DNA of 64,000 nt, taken from the NCBI GenBank assembly GCA_041737355.1, contig JBGSRW010000007.1, positions 10,556-74,555 of the forward strand. The letters run 5' to 3'. Positions within the stretch are counted from its first letter, which is position 1; each line of letters starts with the position of its first letter. The translations under genes were made by a program, and so were the position numbers. The notes under the pieces are model-generated. The model worked only from the letters and a program-made list of their open reading frames with translations. It did not search any database and was not told the DNA's origin. Below are positions 29,401 to 37,870 of the stretch, one piece after another. This DNA is from Patescibacteria group bacterium (GTDB lineage Bacteria; Patescibacteriota; Patescibacteriia; XYB2-FULL-38-15).

Positions 29401-30390
29401 TCAATCGGTGAACCTGGCACCCAGCTCACCATGAGAACTTTCCATACTGGCGGTGTCGCCGGACTTGATATTACCCAAGGCTTGCCCCGCGTGGAAGAAC
29501 TTTTCGAGGCAAGAAGCCCGAAAAGAAAAGCTTTTATCTCCGATGTTTCCGGCGCGGCCCAAGTTGAGGAAGACGCTAAAACTATTGTCGGCCCGACCGG
29601 AGAAATCATTACCAAGGGTATTCCGGGACAACGTAACATCAAAATCCGTTATCTGGATAAGGAAGAAATTTCCTACTCGGTGGCAAAAAATAAAAAAACC
29701 GCCTTTAAGAAGGGTGATAAAATAGCCAAGGGCGAACTTCTCGGTTTGGACAAAGAAAGCAAGGAAGTCAATGCCTCAAAGGATGGAGTTGTCATCTCGG
29801 CCTCGGAAAACAAGATCATTGTTGAAAGCGAAGCGGAAAAAACGAAAGAATATATTATCCCTCCGGGCTACACCCTCTGGATTAAGGATGGCGATTTTGT
29901 AAACCGCGGTGATCAACTCACTGAAGGCGACCTTGATCTCCACGAATTCTTCCAGCTCAAAAATAAGGAAGCGGTGCAACGATACGTCATCAAGGAAATC
30001 CAGCATATTTATTCTTCCCAGGGACAAAAATTGAACGACAAACATATTGAGGTAATGGTCCGGCAAATGTTCTCCAGAGTTTATGTTAAAGATGCTGGCG
30101 ACACCGACCTTCTCCCTGGCGAAATTATAGAAAAATCCCAGCTTGAGGAGGCTAACAAAGTTGCCAAGGAGAAAAAAATGAAACCGGCCGAAGCCGAAGA
30201 GCTTCTCTTGGGCATCAGCAAAGTTTCTCTCTCAACCGAAAGCTTCCTTTCGGCCGCCTCCTTCCAGGAAACAGCCAGAGTCCTTATCAACGCGGCAATT
30301 ACCGGGAAGATTGACCGGCTCGAAGGCCTGAAGGAAAACGTGATCATTGGCCGGTTGATTCCTGCCGGAACCGGTTATAAGAAAAAATAA
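26485..30390 (+). CDS. rpoC: DNA-directed RNA polymerase subunit beta'
   Basis: 1301 aa with the 'NADFDGDQMAVH' catalytic motif and an N-terminal zinc finger (CGKYKKIRYKGIICDKCG). Confidence 0.97.
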   Translation: MTYTPPKPIEFDAIKLKLASPEEIRAWSYGEVTKPETINYRTQKPEKDGLFSEKIFGPTRDWECYCGKYKKIRYKGIICDKCGVEVTHSLVRRERMGHIELAVPISHIWFLRGVPSKIGLILDLSVQNLEKVIYFANFIITEVKEEMKETVLANLRQEFKNKKKNIASEAERQVSQLRNQKNENSNADKIETRVVQMTLDRDDQLQELEQEFALAEKELKELKPLKIISEMTYHDLSLKYGHLFEAGIGAEAIRMLLGKIDSEKIIKDLEAELLAAVGLKKDKLIRRLKLFKSLKVNKIKPDWMILKNVPIIPPDLRPMVPLDGGRFATSDLNDLYRRVINRNNRLKRLIELNAPEVICRNEKRMLQEAVDALIDNSARHSKTVVASTGQKRMLKSIADVLKGKQGRFRQNLLGKRIDYSGRSVIVVGPSLKLHQCGLPKRMALELFKPFVIHQLIGRELVHNVRSASRFIESGRPEVWDILENIVKDAYVLLNRAPTLHRLGIQAFQPILIEGKAIQIHPLVCTAFNADFDGDQMAVHVPLTEGAKDEAKNLMLSTHNLLKPATGNPISTPNKDIAWGCYYMTSEGEEKGPVKFFSSPKEAFLAYQFGLIELRSKIKVKCDKDLATKAAKEISENKMLETTIGRLVLNQILPPKIPYINEVTNVKKLGEVIKLCLEFYGEAKTAELLDEFKATGFKYLTKSGYSWGMNDLPHLGKRDKLIERGDEEVETIQKQFESGLLTQNEHHNKIISVWTTIKDEVIKLSKESLDKKGPVFTMIDSGARGSWGQVTQMMGMKGLVSNPAGEIIELPVKGNFKAGFDVLEYFISTHGTRKGLSDTALRTANAGYLTRRLVDVAQDVIVTEEDCGDTEGVTFTLAQSKEMGETLLARILGRFSLEDVLDPKTKKPIVKKDELITEEISRKLEKINLETIKVRSILSCRLKKGVCQKCYGYDLGYNRLVAIGSPVGVVAAQSIGEPGTQLTMRTFHTGGVAGLDITQGLPRVEELFEARSPKRKAFISDVSGAAQVEEDAKTIVGPTGEIITKGIPGQRNIKIRYLDKEEISYSVAKNKKTAFKKGDKIAKGELLGLDKESKEVNASKDGVVISASENKIIVESEAEKTKEYIIPPGYTLWIKDGDFVNRGDQLTEGDLDLHEFFQLKNKEAVQRYVIKEIQHIYSSQGQKLNDKHIEVMVRQMFSRVYVKDAGDTDLLPGEIIEKSQLEEANKVAKEKKMKPAEAEELLLGISKVSLSTESFLSAASFQETARVLINAAITGKIDRLEGLKENVIIGRLIPAGTGYKKK

Positions 30391-30406
30391 TTGTTATTAG
30401 CCACTT

Positions 30407-31147
30407 ATGTCCAGACATTCAAAGTGGTCAAAAATCAAACACCAAAAGGGCGCCGATGATGTAAAAAGGAGCGCCCTTTTTACGCGTCTCTCCAAAAATA
30501 TTACGCTCGCCGTACGCGAAGGCGGCGGAGGAGATCCAAAGATGAATTTCAAACTGCGGCTTGCCGTCGACCAGGCCAAAGCGGTCAATCTGCCGAAAGA
30601 TACTGTTGACCGGGCGATCCAGAAAGGCCTTGGGGTTTCGGCCGACGGCACGGTTATTGAGCGGGTCCAGTATGAAGGATTTTTGCCCGGCGGCGGCGCG
30701 GTTATCATTGAATCCCTGACCGATAACAAAAACCGAACAAGCGGCGTCGTTAAAAGTCTCCTCGGGAACTATGGCGGAAACTTGGGCCTGCCGAACTCTG
30801 TAGCCTGGATGTTTGACCGAAAAGGCGTAGTGAGAATTTCAAATTATAAAAACTTTATCCAAAATTTTGATGATTTTCAGCTTAAGATGATTGACCTCGG
30901 CGCTGACGATATTCAGACCGAAGAAGAAGACCTAACAATTTATACCGTGCCGGAAAATCTGCAAAAAATCAGGGAAGGGCTGGAAAAAGAAAAAATAAAT
31001 CCGGACTACACTGAGCTGGAATTCGTCCCGAAAGAAAAAATAAATATTTCCGATCCGGCGCAAAAAGAAAAGATCGAAGAATTATTGAATGAACTTGATG
31101 ATAATGAAGAAGTAAATAATTATTACACCAATCTCAACGAATTCTAA
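30407..31147 (+). CDS. YebC/PmpR-family transcriptional regulator
   Basis: '[43 protein letters not shown]' is the canonical YebC N-terminus. Confidence 0.88.
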   Translation: [246 protein letters not shown]

Positions 31148-31207
31148 TCTTCCAGATTAAATATAAAATTCCACCGTCATGGTGGAATTTTTTGTTATTG
31201 CTCTTTT

Positions 31208-31402
31208 TTATTCCAAAATTTCCTGTACCCGGCCGACTTGGCCGTCTTCCAGACGAACCTTGATCCCCCGCGGATGAGTCGGGGAATTCGTCAAAAGATC
31301 TTTCACAATTCCTTCGGTTAATTCTCCCGTCGGCTGATCTTTTTTTAAAACAACTTTCACCCGAAGTCCTGGCTTAATATCGTCTCGGTTGGTTGGGTCC
31401 AT
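31208..31402 (-). CDS. YwbE-family small protein (DUF2196)
   Basis: 64 aa; 'GIVKDLLTNSPTHPRGIKVRLEDGQVGRVQ' resembles YwbE-family proteins. Recalled from memory. Confidence 0.5.
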   Translation of the reverse strand: MDPTNRDDIKPGLRVKVVLKKDQPTGELTEGIVKDLLTNSPTHPRGIKVRLEDGQVGRVQEILE

Positions 31403-31425
31403 ATTATGTTAGGGATATTATCAAT

Positions 31426-33279
31426 TTATAAATTCCAACTCACCGGCAAAGTTCCCGTGAAAGGGAAATCGCCGAATAAAACATCCGCTACTCCGCTCCC
31501 TTCACTGCCCGGAAGCCATGCCGCGATAATTGCGTCCCAATCCTTCGCGTATTCTCCAATATCGAGCGGCCGGCCGGAAATTATAATAACAACAATTTTC
31601 TTACTGACTTTTTTTAGGTTATCAATAGTCTCAAGATCTTGGGCGGATAAACTTGGATTGGCGTTATCTCCCCACCCTTCAGCATAGGGCTTTTCCCCGA
31701 CAACCGCGATACCGAGATCAGCCAAGCCGTTCTGGCCGGGGAAATTACCATTTAAATTATATTCCACTTTAGCGCCGGGGGCCGCCGTTTCCCGTATGCC
31801 CTCCAAAATAGTTGTGCCGGGAATAAAATTACCATCAACACCCTGCCATTCTATCGTCCAGCCGCCCGCTTGCTTGCCAAGATTATCAGCCGCGGAACCG
31901 GCCACTAAAATTTTCTGGATATTTTTAGAAATTGGCAGCGCATCATTATTTTTTAATAATACCTGAGATTCGCGAACCGCTTTCCTGGCTAGCTCGCGGT
32001 GCTCGGCACTACCGATGACAGACAATCCATCTGATTCGGCTTGGGGGCGGTCAAATAATCCTGTTTTAAATTTTACTGTTAAAATCCTTTTCACGGCATC
32101 ATCCAACCGCTCTTTTGTTATGTCGCCATCCGCTATGGCTTTTTGCATATTGGACATAAAATCCTTGTATTCAAACGGAGTCATCACCATATCAATTCCC
32201 GCGTTCACCGCTCTGACCAAAGAATTATATTTGCTTGTTTCAATTTCATAAACCCCGTACCAATCGGAAACAATAAAGCCGGAAAAGCCCAGTTCGTTTT
32301 TCAGTATCTCTGTTAAAAGATGATAATTATCGGAATTTATTTTACCATTCCAACTGGCGGTACCAACCATAATAACCTGCGCTCCGCCAGCTATGGCTTT
32401 TTGAAAAGGAACCAGGTGGATTTCACGCAAAGTTTTTTCATCCAATGTTATATTCCCCTCCTCTACTTTGAATTTTTTGTTGCGGGAAGTCCCATATTCC
32501 ATAGCTCCGCCGCCTATAAAATGTTTGGGATTGGCTAATGCCATGAAATAATTATCCGAAGAATCTTGGGTCCCCTCAAGATAGGCCAGCCCCAATTCCG
32601 CTACGCTTGCGGTGTCCGATCCGAAAGTTTCATATGTTTTACCCCAACGGATATCTTTGGCAACATCAAGGTTGGGAGAAAAATTCCAATAAATTCCGGT
32701 GGCAGCCATCTCTTCGGCAGTTGCCCTTGCAACTTGTTTCACCAAATCCGGGTTTCTGGTTGCGCCTAACCCGATAAAATGAGGAAAAATCGTAGCCCCA
32801 AAAACATTGCCGTGGCCATGATTGGCATCAACCCCATACAAAAGAGGTATCCCCAAGCGAGTATCTTTGGCCGCGGACTGAAATCTATTTACCATTTTAA
32901 GCCACTCCAATGGGGTATTTTCCTTTGGCCCCGCCCCACCGCCGCTTAATAGCGCTCCTAGTCCGTATTTTGCAATATCATTAAAATCTCTGATACTGTT
33001 TTTTTCAATCAAGGCCATTTGCCCAATCTTCTCAGCGGTTGTCATTCTCTTTATCAGGTCGTCTGCCCTTGCTTCGGCTGATAATGCGGAGTTTTGATAA
33101 GGCAGATTTGTTTCGTGGCATTTAAGATCTTTTCCGTTACAAACCTTAACATATTCAATATCCGGACCCGGAGAAAAAAGGGATGGCAGGAAAAAAATAT
33201 AAACTAAAACCGCTGCAGTTAATAGAAGCGAAGCGGTTAAGAATAAAATTAATTTTTTGGAATGAAAGTTAAGATTCAC
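31426..33279 (-). CDS. glycoside hydrolase family 3 (beta-glucosidase-like), membrane-anchored
   Basis: N-terminal TM helix. 'GFSGFIVSDWYGV' GH3 nucleophile region. Two-domain length of 617 aa. Confidence 0.8.
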   Translation of the reverse strand: MNLNFHSKKLILFLTASLLLTAAVLVYIFFLPSLFSPGPDIEYVKVCNGKDLKCHETNLPYQNSALSAEARADDLIKRMTTAEKIGQMALIEKNSIRDFNDIAKYGLGALLSGGGAGPKENTPLEWLKMVNRFQSAAKDTRLGIPLLYGVDANHGHGNVFGATIFPHFIGLGATRNPDLVKQVARATAEEMAATGIYWNFSPNLDVAKDIRWGKTYETFGSDTASVAELGLAYLEGTQDSSDNYFMALANPKHFIGGGAMEYGTSRNKKFKVEEGNITLDEKTLREIHLVPFQKAIAGGAQVIMVGTASWNGKINSDNYHLLTEILKNELGFSGFIVSDWYGVYEIETSKYNSLVRAVNAGIDMVMTPFEYKDFMSNMQKAIADGDITKERLDDAVKRILTVKFKTGLFDRPQAESDGLSVIGSAEHRELARKAVRESQVLLKNNDALPISKNIQKILVAGSAADNLGKQAGGWTIEWQGVDGNFIPGTTILEGIRETAAPGAKVEYNLNGNFPGQNGLADLGIAVVGEKPYAEGWGDNANPSLSAQDLETIDNLKKVSKKIVVIIISGRPLDIGEYAKDWDAIIAAWLPGSEGSGVADVLFGDFPFTGTLPVSWNL

Positions 33280-33366
33280 AATAATTTATTACACGGGATA
33301 TTTTTTTAATTTCAGCTAACGTCAGGGATATGAGAAGTTGCGACCAACGGGAGCGATTTGGGTGAA

Positions 33367-33393
33367 GGGCAGAGGGGTTAGGGGTGAATGCCC
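33367..33393. repeat. 27 bp imperfect-dyad element, copy 1 (GGGCAGAGGGGTTAGGGGTGAATGCCC)
   Basis: Direct repeat of 34122-34148 (25/27 identical). Ends GGGCA...TGCCC are inverted. Followed by a shared CCTTATTKTATTT tail. Confidence 0.6.
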
Positions 33394-33408
33394 AAAATCT
33401 AAAACTCC

Positions 33409-34101
33409 TTATTTTATTTTAAATATGCGAAATAAATTAGTGAGTCTTCTTTCGGCGTTGGGAATATCAACGTCAAAATCCTTTACCCCTTTTTTATATA
33501 ATTCCCTGAGGTAAAGAGAGCACGAAAAAATCCAACAATAATCATAATCAAAATGTTTCTTTTCCATATTGTACCGACTGAAACTAGTAATCTTACTGCT
33601 TGGACATCTAACATCCCAAAATATTAACAATGGCTCTTGCGTATATGGGTCATCGATATCCCTATTGTTTTTTCTCATTTTAATTAGCACTTTATTCAAT
33701 CCGTTTTCGTCGCTATCGTTAAGTTCCAGAACGTCTTTTACCCAGTTTCTATTTGTCTTTTCCAAAAGATCGCGCTCGCTAATATCTACCGGCACATCTA
33801 ACCCTCCCATCGATCTGGAACACCAGCTTTTTATTTCTGTCTGAAAAAGTGTCTGCTTATCCTTAGTTTTCTCTATTATCCATCGATCCAACCGTCTACC
33901 CCTTATTGTGCCAAGTACTGGGATTTCTTTATTGGCATCAATTATTTGAACATTAGAGCCGCGCTCTTTTTCGCAGTAATGCTTGAATAGTGCTGCCCCC
34001 AGATCTTCCCCGACGACAGAAATGGCCGCGGTTGTATCTCCATAGCCAGTCGATTTTTTTATATCGAAGTATTCAAGCAATTCCTTTATATATAACTTCA
34101 T
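33409..34101 (-). CDS. hypothetical protein (possible PD-(D/E)xK-like nuclease) in AT-rich defense island
   Basis: 230 aa, about 30% GC. 'RLDRW...QTEIKSW' could be a D...ExK motif, but this is weak. No family recognised. Confidence 0.35.
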   Translation of the reverse strand: MKLYIKELLEYFDIKKSTGYGDTTAAISVVGEDLGAALFKHYCEKERGSNVQIIDANKEIPVLGTIRGRRLDRWIIEKTKDKQTLFQTEIKSWCSRSMGGLDVPVDISERDLLEKTNRNWVKDVLELNDSDENGLNKVLIKMRKNNRDIDDPYTQEPLLIFWDVRCPSSKITSFSRYNMEKKHFDYDYCWIFSCSLYLRELYKKGVKDFDVDIPNAERRLTNLFRIFKIK

Positions 34102-34121
34102 AAATTTGTTTTTTTGATTTT

Positions 34122-34148
34122 GGGCAGAGGAGTTAGGGGCGAATGCCC
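34122..34148. repeat. 27 bp imperfect-dyad element, copy 2 (GGGCAGAGGAGTTAGGGGCGAATGCCC)
   Basis: See copy 1. Lies 21 nt upstream of the start of the 33409-34101 gene on the minus strand. Confidence 0.6.
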
Positions 34149-34163
34149 TGGAGCCAAGACGCC

Positions 34164-35150
34164 TTATTGTATTTCAAATTCTTGATCAACTTCTAATAAA
34201 TGAGTTTTTAACTCGTTAATTCCAGCGTCAAGAGCGTCAATGTAAACTTCAAGTTCATAATTTTCAAAATTACCTGTATTTTTAAATGTTTCGATTTTGC
34301 TAAATACATAATCTAGTTTTTTGATTACTTCTTCTGTTCCGGGAATCCTCAAAGTTTCGCCAAATTTACCATAACGATTTTCTAAACTTTTTCTTATTTT
34401 TTTATATAATTCGTAATAATGATTAAAACTAGGCCATGCTAAATGGTCATTCCAAGAAACACCATAAATAAGATTTATCTGATACAGAGAAGGTTTGTTT
34501 AATAGATCAGATAATTTTTCATTTTTAAATATTTTTTTATGTTGTTTCTCTTCTTTTTGAATCTCTTTCATAACTATTTCTAATTCATTTCCGAGATGTT
34601 TATCTTGCTGACTAATAATATCCGAAAATTTTATCGTTTTACTTTCTGTTTTTGAATGCATCCACAGCACATATCGGAAACCGTCTTTACTCAAAGACGA
34701 ACGGTCAATAGTACAAGAGGTAATTTCATCATTTTCAAATTTTGATTTTTTGCCTTTGTTTTCTTTTTTAACAGGGTGCCCTATGGTTTCGTTTCTGACT
34801 TGTCTAATTTTAAATAGTTCAAAATATTTTTTGTCTTTCCAATCAATTTTATTACTTATACCAAATAAGGATATTTTTAAAAAGTTTACGGCGTCTTGTT
34901 GAATAAAAAGAGCTTGTAAAAGTCCGTAAGTCGCTAGATATGGATTTTTTATAAATAAATCATTTGGATCTTTTTGGAAATTTTCGATTGCTAAGCAGGT
35001 ATCCTCAAGCGTATCTAATGCCGCACAAAATTGATTCCAGTCTCCGCTCTGTTTTCTAGAATAAACTTGTGTCTTTTTTATTGTTGAATTATTAAAAAGC
35101 TCTCTAATCTGATGACTAACTTCCAAAATTTTAAATTTATTATCAACCAT
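34164..35150 (-). CDS. hypothetical protein with HEPN-like Rx5H motif (Abi-like candidate)
   Basis: 328 aa, AT-rich. 'KIRQVRNETIGHPV' fits the HEPN R-x(4-6)-H motif. Size and motif position are reminiscent of AbiD/AbiF (Abi_2) proteins. This is inference only. Confidence 0.35.
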   Translation of the reverse strand: MVDNKFKILEVSHQIRELFNNSTIKKTQVYSRKQSGDWNQFCAALDTLEDTCLAIENFQKDPNDLFIKNPYLATYGLLQALFIQQDAVNFLKISLFGISNKIDWKDKKYFELFKIRQVRNETIGHPVKKENKGKKSKFENDEITSCTIDRSSLSKDGFRYVLWMHSKTESKTIKFSDIISQQDKHLGNELEIVMKEIQKEEKQHKKIFKNEKLSDLLNKPSLYQINLIYGVSWNDHLAWPSFNHYYELYKKIRKSLENRYGKFGETLRIPGTEEVIKKLDYVFSKIETFKNTGNFENYELEVYIDALDAGINELKTHLLEVDQEFEIQ

Positions 35151-35169
35151 AGCCGAGACTCCTTAATAT

Positions 35170-36420
35170 TTATGCAGCGAGCGCAAATAATTGTTGCTGA
35201 GCACATGTAGGTGCTTCGATTTCTTCTTTAACTTCACCGTTAAGCATTTTTATTATCATATCTCCAATATAATATCCAAGATTTACAGGCACAGCATTTC
35301 CTATTTGCTTGTACTGCTGGGAAACAGAACCGGAAAATTTCCAATTATCTGGAAACGTCTGAATTCGTGCATATTCGCGTACTGTTAAAGGGCGTGTTTC
35401 TTCCGGATGACAACGTTCAGTCTGTTTTTGGGCTGGGCTGCAAGTTAAAGTTAAAGAAGGTTCATCCCATGATAATCGCCTCGCCATACCAGTTTTACCG
35501 CCACCCATAAAATAACTAGCCCCCATATATTCTTTTTGAAGATTTTCTGGGAGATCTCTCCAATATCCACCCGGAGGAATTAATTCCAATATTTTTTTCT
35601 TTTTTGGGGGGTACTCTTGACCCTCAGATTTTGGACATTTATAGAATGCTTCGCGCAAGGGGATTATGTAGTCTTTTTCTTTGGGGAATGAAATAGGGAT
35701 ATCTAGATCTTTTCTAACTCCAATAATTATTAAGCGCTCTCTTTTTTGTGGGATATCTAAATATTGAGATCGTAAAATTTTGTATTTGACTCTATATCCG
35801 AGTTCTTCCAAAACACTAACCATCGTTTTAATCGTTCTTCCGTCATCATGGTTTAATAAACCTTTAACATTTTCGCCGATCGCAATTTTTGGCTTAACTT
35901 CCTTGACGCATCTGGCAAATTCAAAAAACAAAGTCCCCCTTATATCTTCAAACCCCATTTTGTTTCCAGCACAAGAAAAAGCCTGACAAGGAAAACCGCC
36001 TTGAACTATATCAGCTTGTCCTTCAAAAAATTTAAGTTCCCTAATATCACCTTCGACCACGTTCCAGTTTGGTTTATTTGTTCGAAGTGTTTCGCAGGCA
36101 TGCTTGTCATATTCGTTTAGTAGAACATGATCAATTCCTGCATTTTCCATTCCTAAGGCAGTACCACCAGCGCCGGCAAATAGCTCAATCGCTGTATACG
36201 GAGACATTTTATGATTTTTTAAAATTTTAAATTTACTTTTTTTATCTCCGCTTGTCCTATTTTGAATCCTTTCTATTTCATCTAAGCAAAATATGCGATC
36301 ATTCCTCTCATTCCGAAAAGCTTTTATCAGTCCTTTTTTATCCCATCTTCTAATGGTATCTATGGAAGTACCTAATTTTAAAGCCACTTCTCCAGCAGTA
36401 AAAAATTTATCGTTTTTCAT
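35170..36420 (-). CDS. DNA (cytosine-5)-methyltransferase with N-terminal MerR-type HTH
   Basis: C5-MTase motifs: I 'ELFAGAGGTALGMENAG', IV 'GGFPCQAFSCAGN', VI 'ENVKGL', X 'QIGNAVPV'. The first ~60 aa form a MerR-like HTH ('FTAGEVALKLGTSIDTIRRWDKKGLI'). Confidence 0.9.
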   Translation of the reverse strand: MKNDKFFTAGEVALKLGTSIDTIRRWDKKGLIKAFRNERNDRIFCLDEIERIQNRTSGDKKSKFKILKNHKMSPYTAIELFAGAGGTALGMENAGIDHVLLNEYDKHACETLRTNKPNWNVVEGDIRELKFFEGQADIVQGGFPCQAFSCAGNKMGFEDIRGTLFFEFARCVKEVKPKIAIGENVKGLLNHDDGRTIKTMVSVLEELGYRVKYKILRSQYLDIPQKRERLIIIGVRKDLDIPISFPKEKDYIIPLREAFYKCPKSEGQEYPPKKKKILELIPPGGYWRDLPENLQKEYMGASYFMGGGKTGMARRLSWDEPSLTLTCSPAQKQTERCHPEETRPLTVREYARIQTFPDNWKFSGSVSQQYKQIGNAVPVNLGYYIGDMIIKMLNGEVKEEIEAPTCAQQQLFALAA

Positions 36421-36427
36421 AAAAAAA

Positions 36428-36448
36428 TGATAGATAACTAATCTATCA
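36428..36448. promoter_or_regulatory. palindromic candidate operator TGATAGAT-AACTA-ATCTATCA upstream of the MTase gene
   Basis: Perfect 8 bp inverted repeat, 8 bp upstream of the MTase start. Plausible binding site for the MTase's own HTH (autoregulation, as in SsoII-type systems). Confidence 0.4.
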
Positions 36449-36482
36449 TAATTCTACCATATAACCTTTGCCTAGGCAATGG

Positions 36483-37190
36483 TTATTTTGTGGAAAAAGC
36501 TAATTTAAATAGCTCAAAATACTTTCGAGCTTCCCTTTTGCTTAATTTAAACTTATATTTATCCACCAAAATATGGGACAGCGCCTCAAATAGCTCCTGC
36601 AGAGCATACTTTCGGCCAGTAGCTAGGGCATAAAAGCTTATGCCATCAATTACCCTGATATTTTTAACCCTCGGCCGTCGTTTTTTAGTCTTGTTGTCTG
36701 AGGGCGTAAAAGGTTTATCATACTTATGTTTTCCCTGTGGTATAACTTCCACATAATATCCAATAAAGTCTTTGTATTTTACATTTTTAAGTTTAGATTT
36801 TATGGCGTCATAGATTTCAACCTTATGATTGCCCTTTGTTGTATTAAATTTATTTTTTACTTCAACAATAATTTTCATATTATCACTTGCGACATCTAAC
36901 ACTCCACCCACGCCGAGGTTTTTCCAACCCGGAACAGCTCCTAAAATTTCTTGATGAAAATCACCAATAGCATTTTGCATTGTTTTTTGAGATTGCCTGG
37001 CTTTTTCTTGTTCGATCCATTCTTTATAAGTTATGGCATGTGTTACACCATGAAATAAGGCAGAAAAAGGGTCAATAACATTTTTATGCAGATTATTGCC
37101 CGCTTCATGTTCCGCTGTTTCTATTATTTTAACAACCTTTCCTACGGCGGAAATCAAGTTTTTGTCGGATATAAATTTTAGGTAGGGCAT
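36483..37190 (-). CDS. Type II restriction endonuclease (PD-(D/E)xK; Eco47II-like?)
   Basis: 235 aa immediately upstream of, and co-oriented with, the C5-MTase. 'LDVASDNMKIIVEVK' is a D-x11-E-x-K catalytic signature. The family assignment (Eco47II/Sau96I-like) is from memory only. Confidence 0.5.
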   Translation of the reverse strand: MPYLKFISDKNLISAVGKVVKIIETAEHEAGNNLHKNVIDPFSALFHGVTHAITYKEWIEQEKARQSQKTMQNAIGDFHQEILGAVPGWKNLGVGGVLDVASDNMKIIVEVKNKFNTTKGNHKVEIYDAIKSKLKNVKYKDFIGYYVEVIPQGKHKYDKPFTPSDNKTKKRRPRVKNIRVIDGISFYALATGRKYALQELFEALSHILVDKYKFKLSKREARKYFELFKLAFSTK

Positions 37191-37345
37191 AAATAATGAT
37201 TAAAGTTAATAAAATTGTTTTATACGTGCCTCTATTGTCCTTCGGCTTAACTTGAATATTGTGCTAATTTTCTGTATAATTTAAATAAGTTTATGTTATT
37301 AGAGCATAGCAACAAATACGCCCTAATGCAACGATATTTTACCTT

Positions 37346-37828
37346 ATGATAATCTTAGGAATTGACCCGGGATTTGCGAGAACCGGCTGGGGGCTGGTCG
37401 CCGAAGAAAACAAAAATCTGCGCCTGCTCGGCTACGGCTGCATTGAGACAACTGCCAAAACGCCTTTCCCGATGAGATTAAAAAAAATCTACCGGGAACT
37501 CGGCAAAATTATTACCGACTTCGGACCGACGGCCGTCGCGGTTGAAAAAATATTTTTCTGCAAGAATGTCAAAACCGCGGTTGATGTCGGCCAGGCCAGA
37601 GGCGTTATTGTGCTCGCGGCCGCGGAAAACAATCTGAAAATCCACGAATTCACTCCGCTTGAAGTCAAGCAGACAATCACCGGATTCGGAAAAGCGGACA
37701 AATCACAGATGCAAAAAATGGTAAAAATTCTCCTGAATCTTAAAGATATTCCAAAACCGGATGATGCGGCCGACGCCTTGGCTCTCGCGATTGCCGGAAT
37801 TGGGGCGCACCGCCTTTCTAAAATTTAA
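37346..37828 (+). CDS. ruvC: crossover junction endodeoxyribonuclease RuvC
   Basis: 'IILGIDPGFARTGWGLV' N-terminus and RNase H-fold catalytic residues. Confidence 0.9.
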   Translation: MIILGIDPGFARTGWGLVAEENKNLRLLGYGCIETTAKTPFPMRLKKIYRELGKIITDFGPTAVAVEKIFFCKNVKTAVDVGQARGVIVLAAAENNLKIHEFTPLEVKQTITGFGKADKSQMQKMVKILLNLKDIPKPDDAADALALAIAGIGAHRLSKI

Positions 37829-37870
37829 AGATTAAAACAGCCCGCTTTTATTTTGCGGGGCTAATATTAT

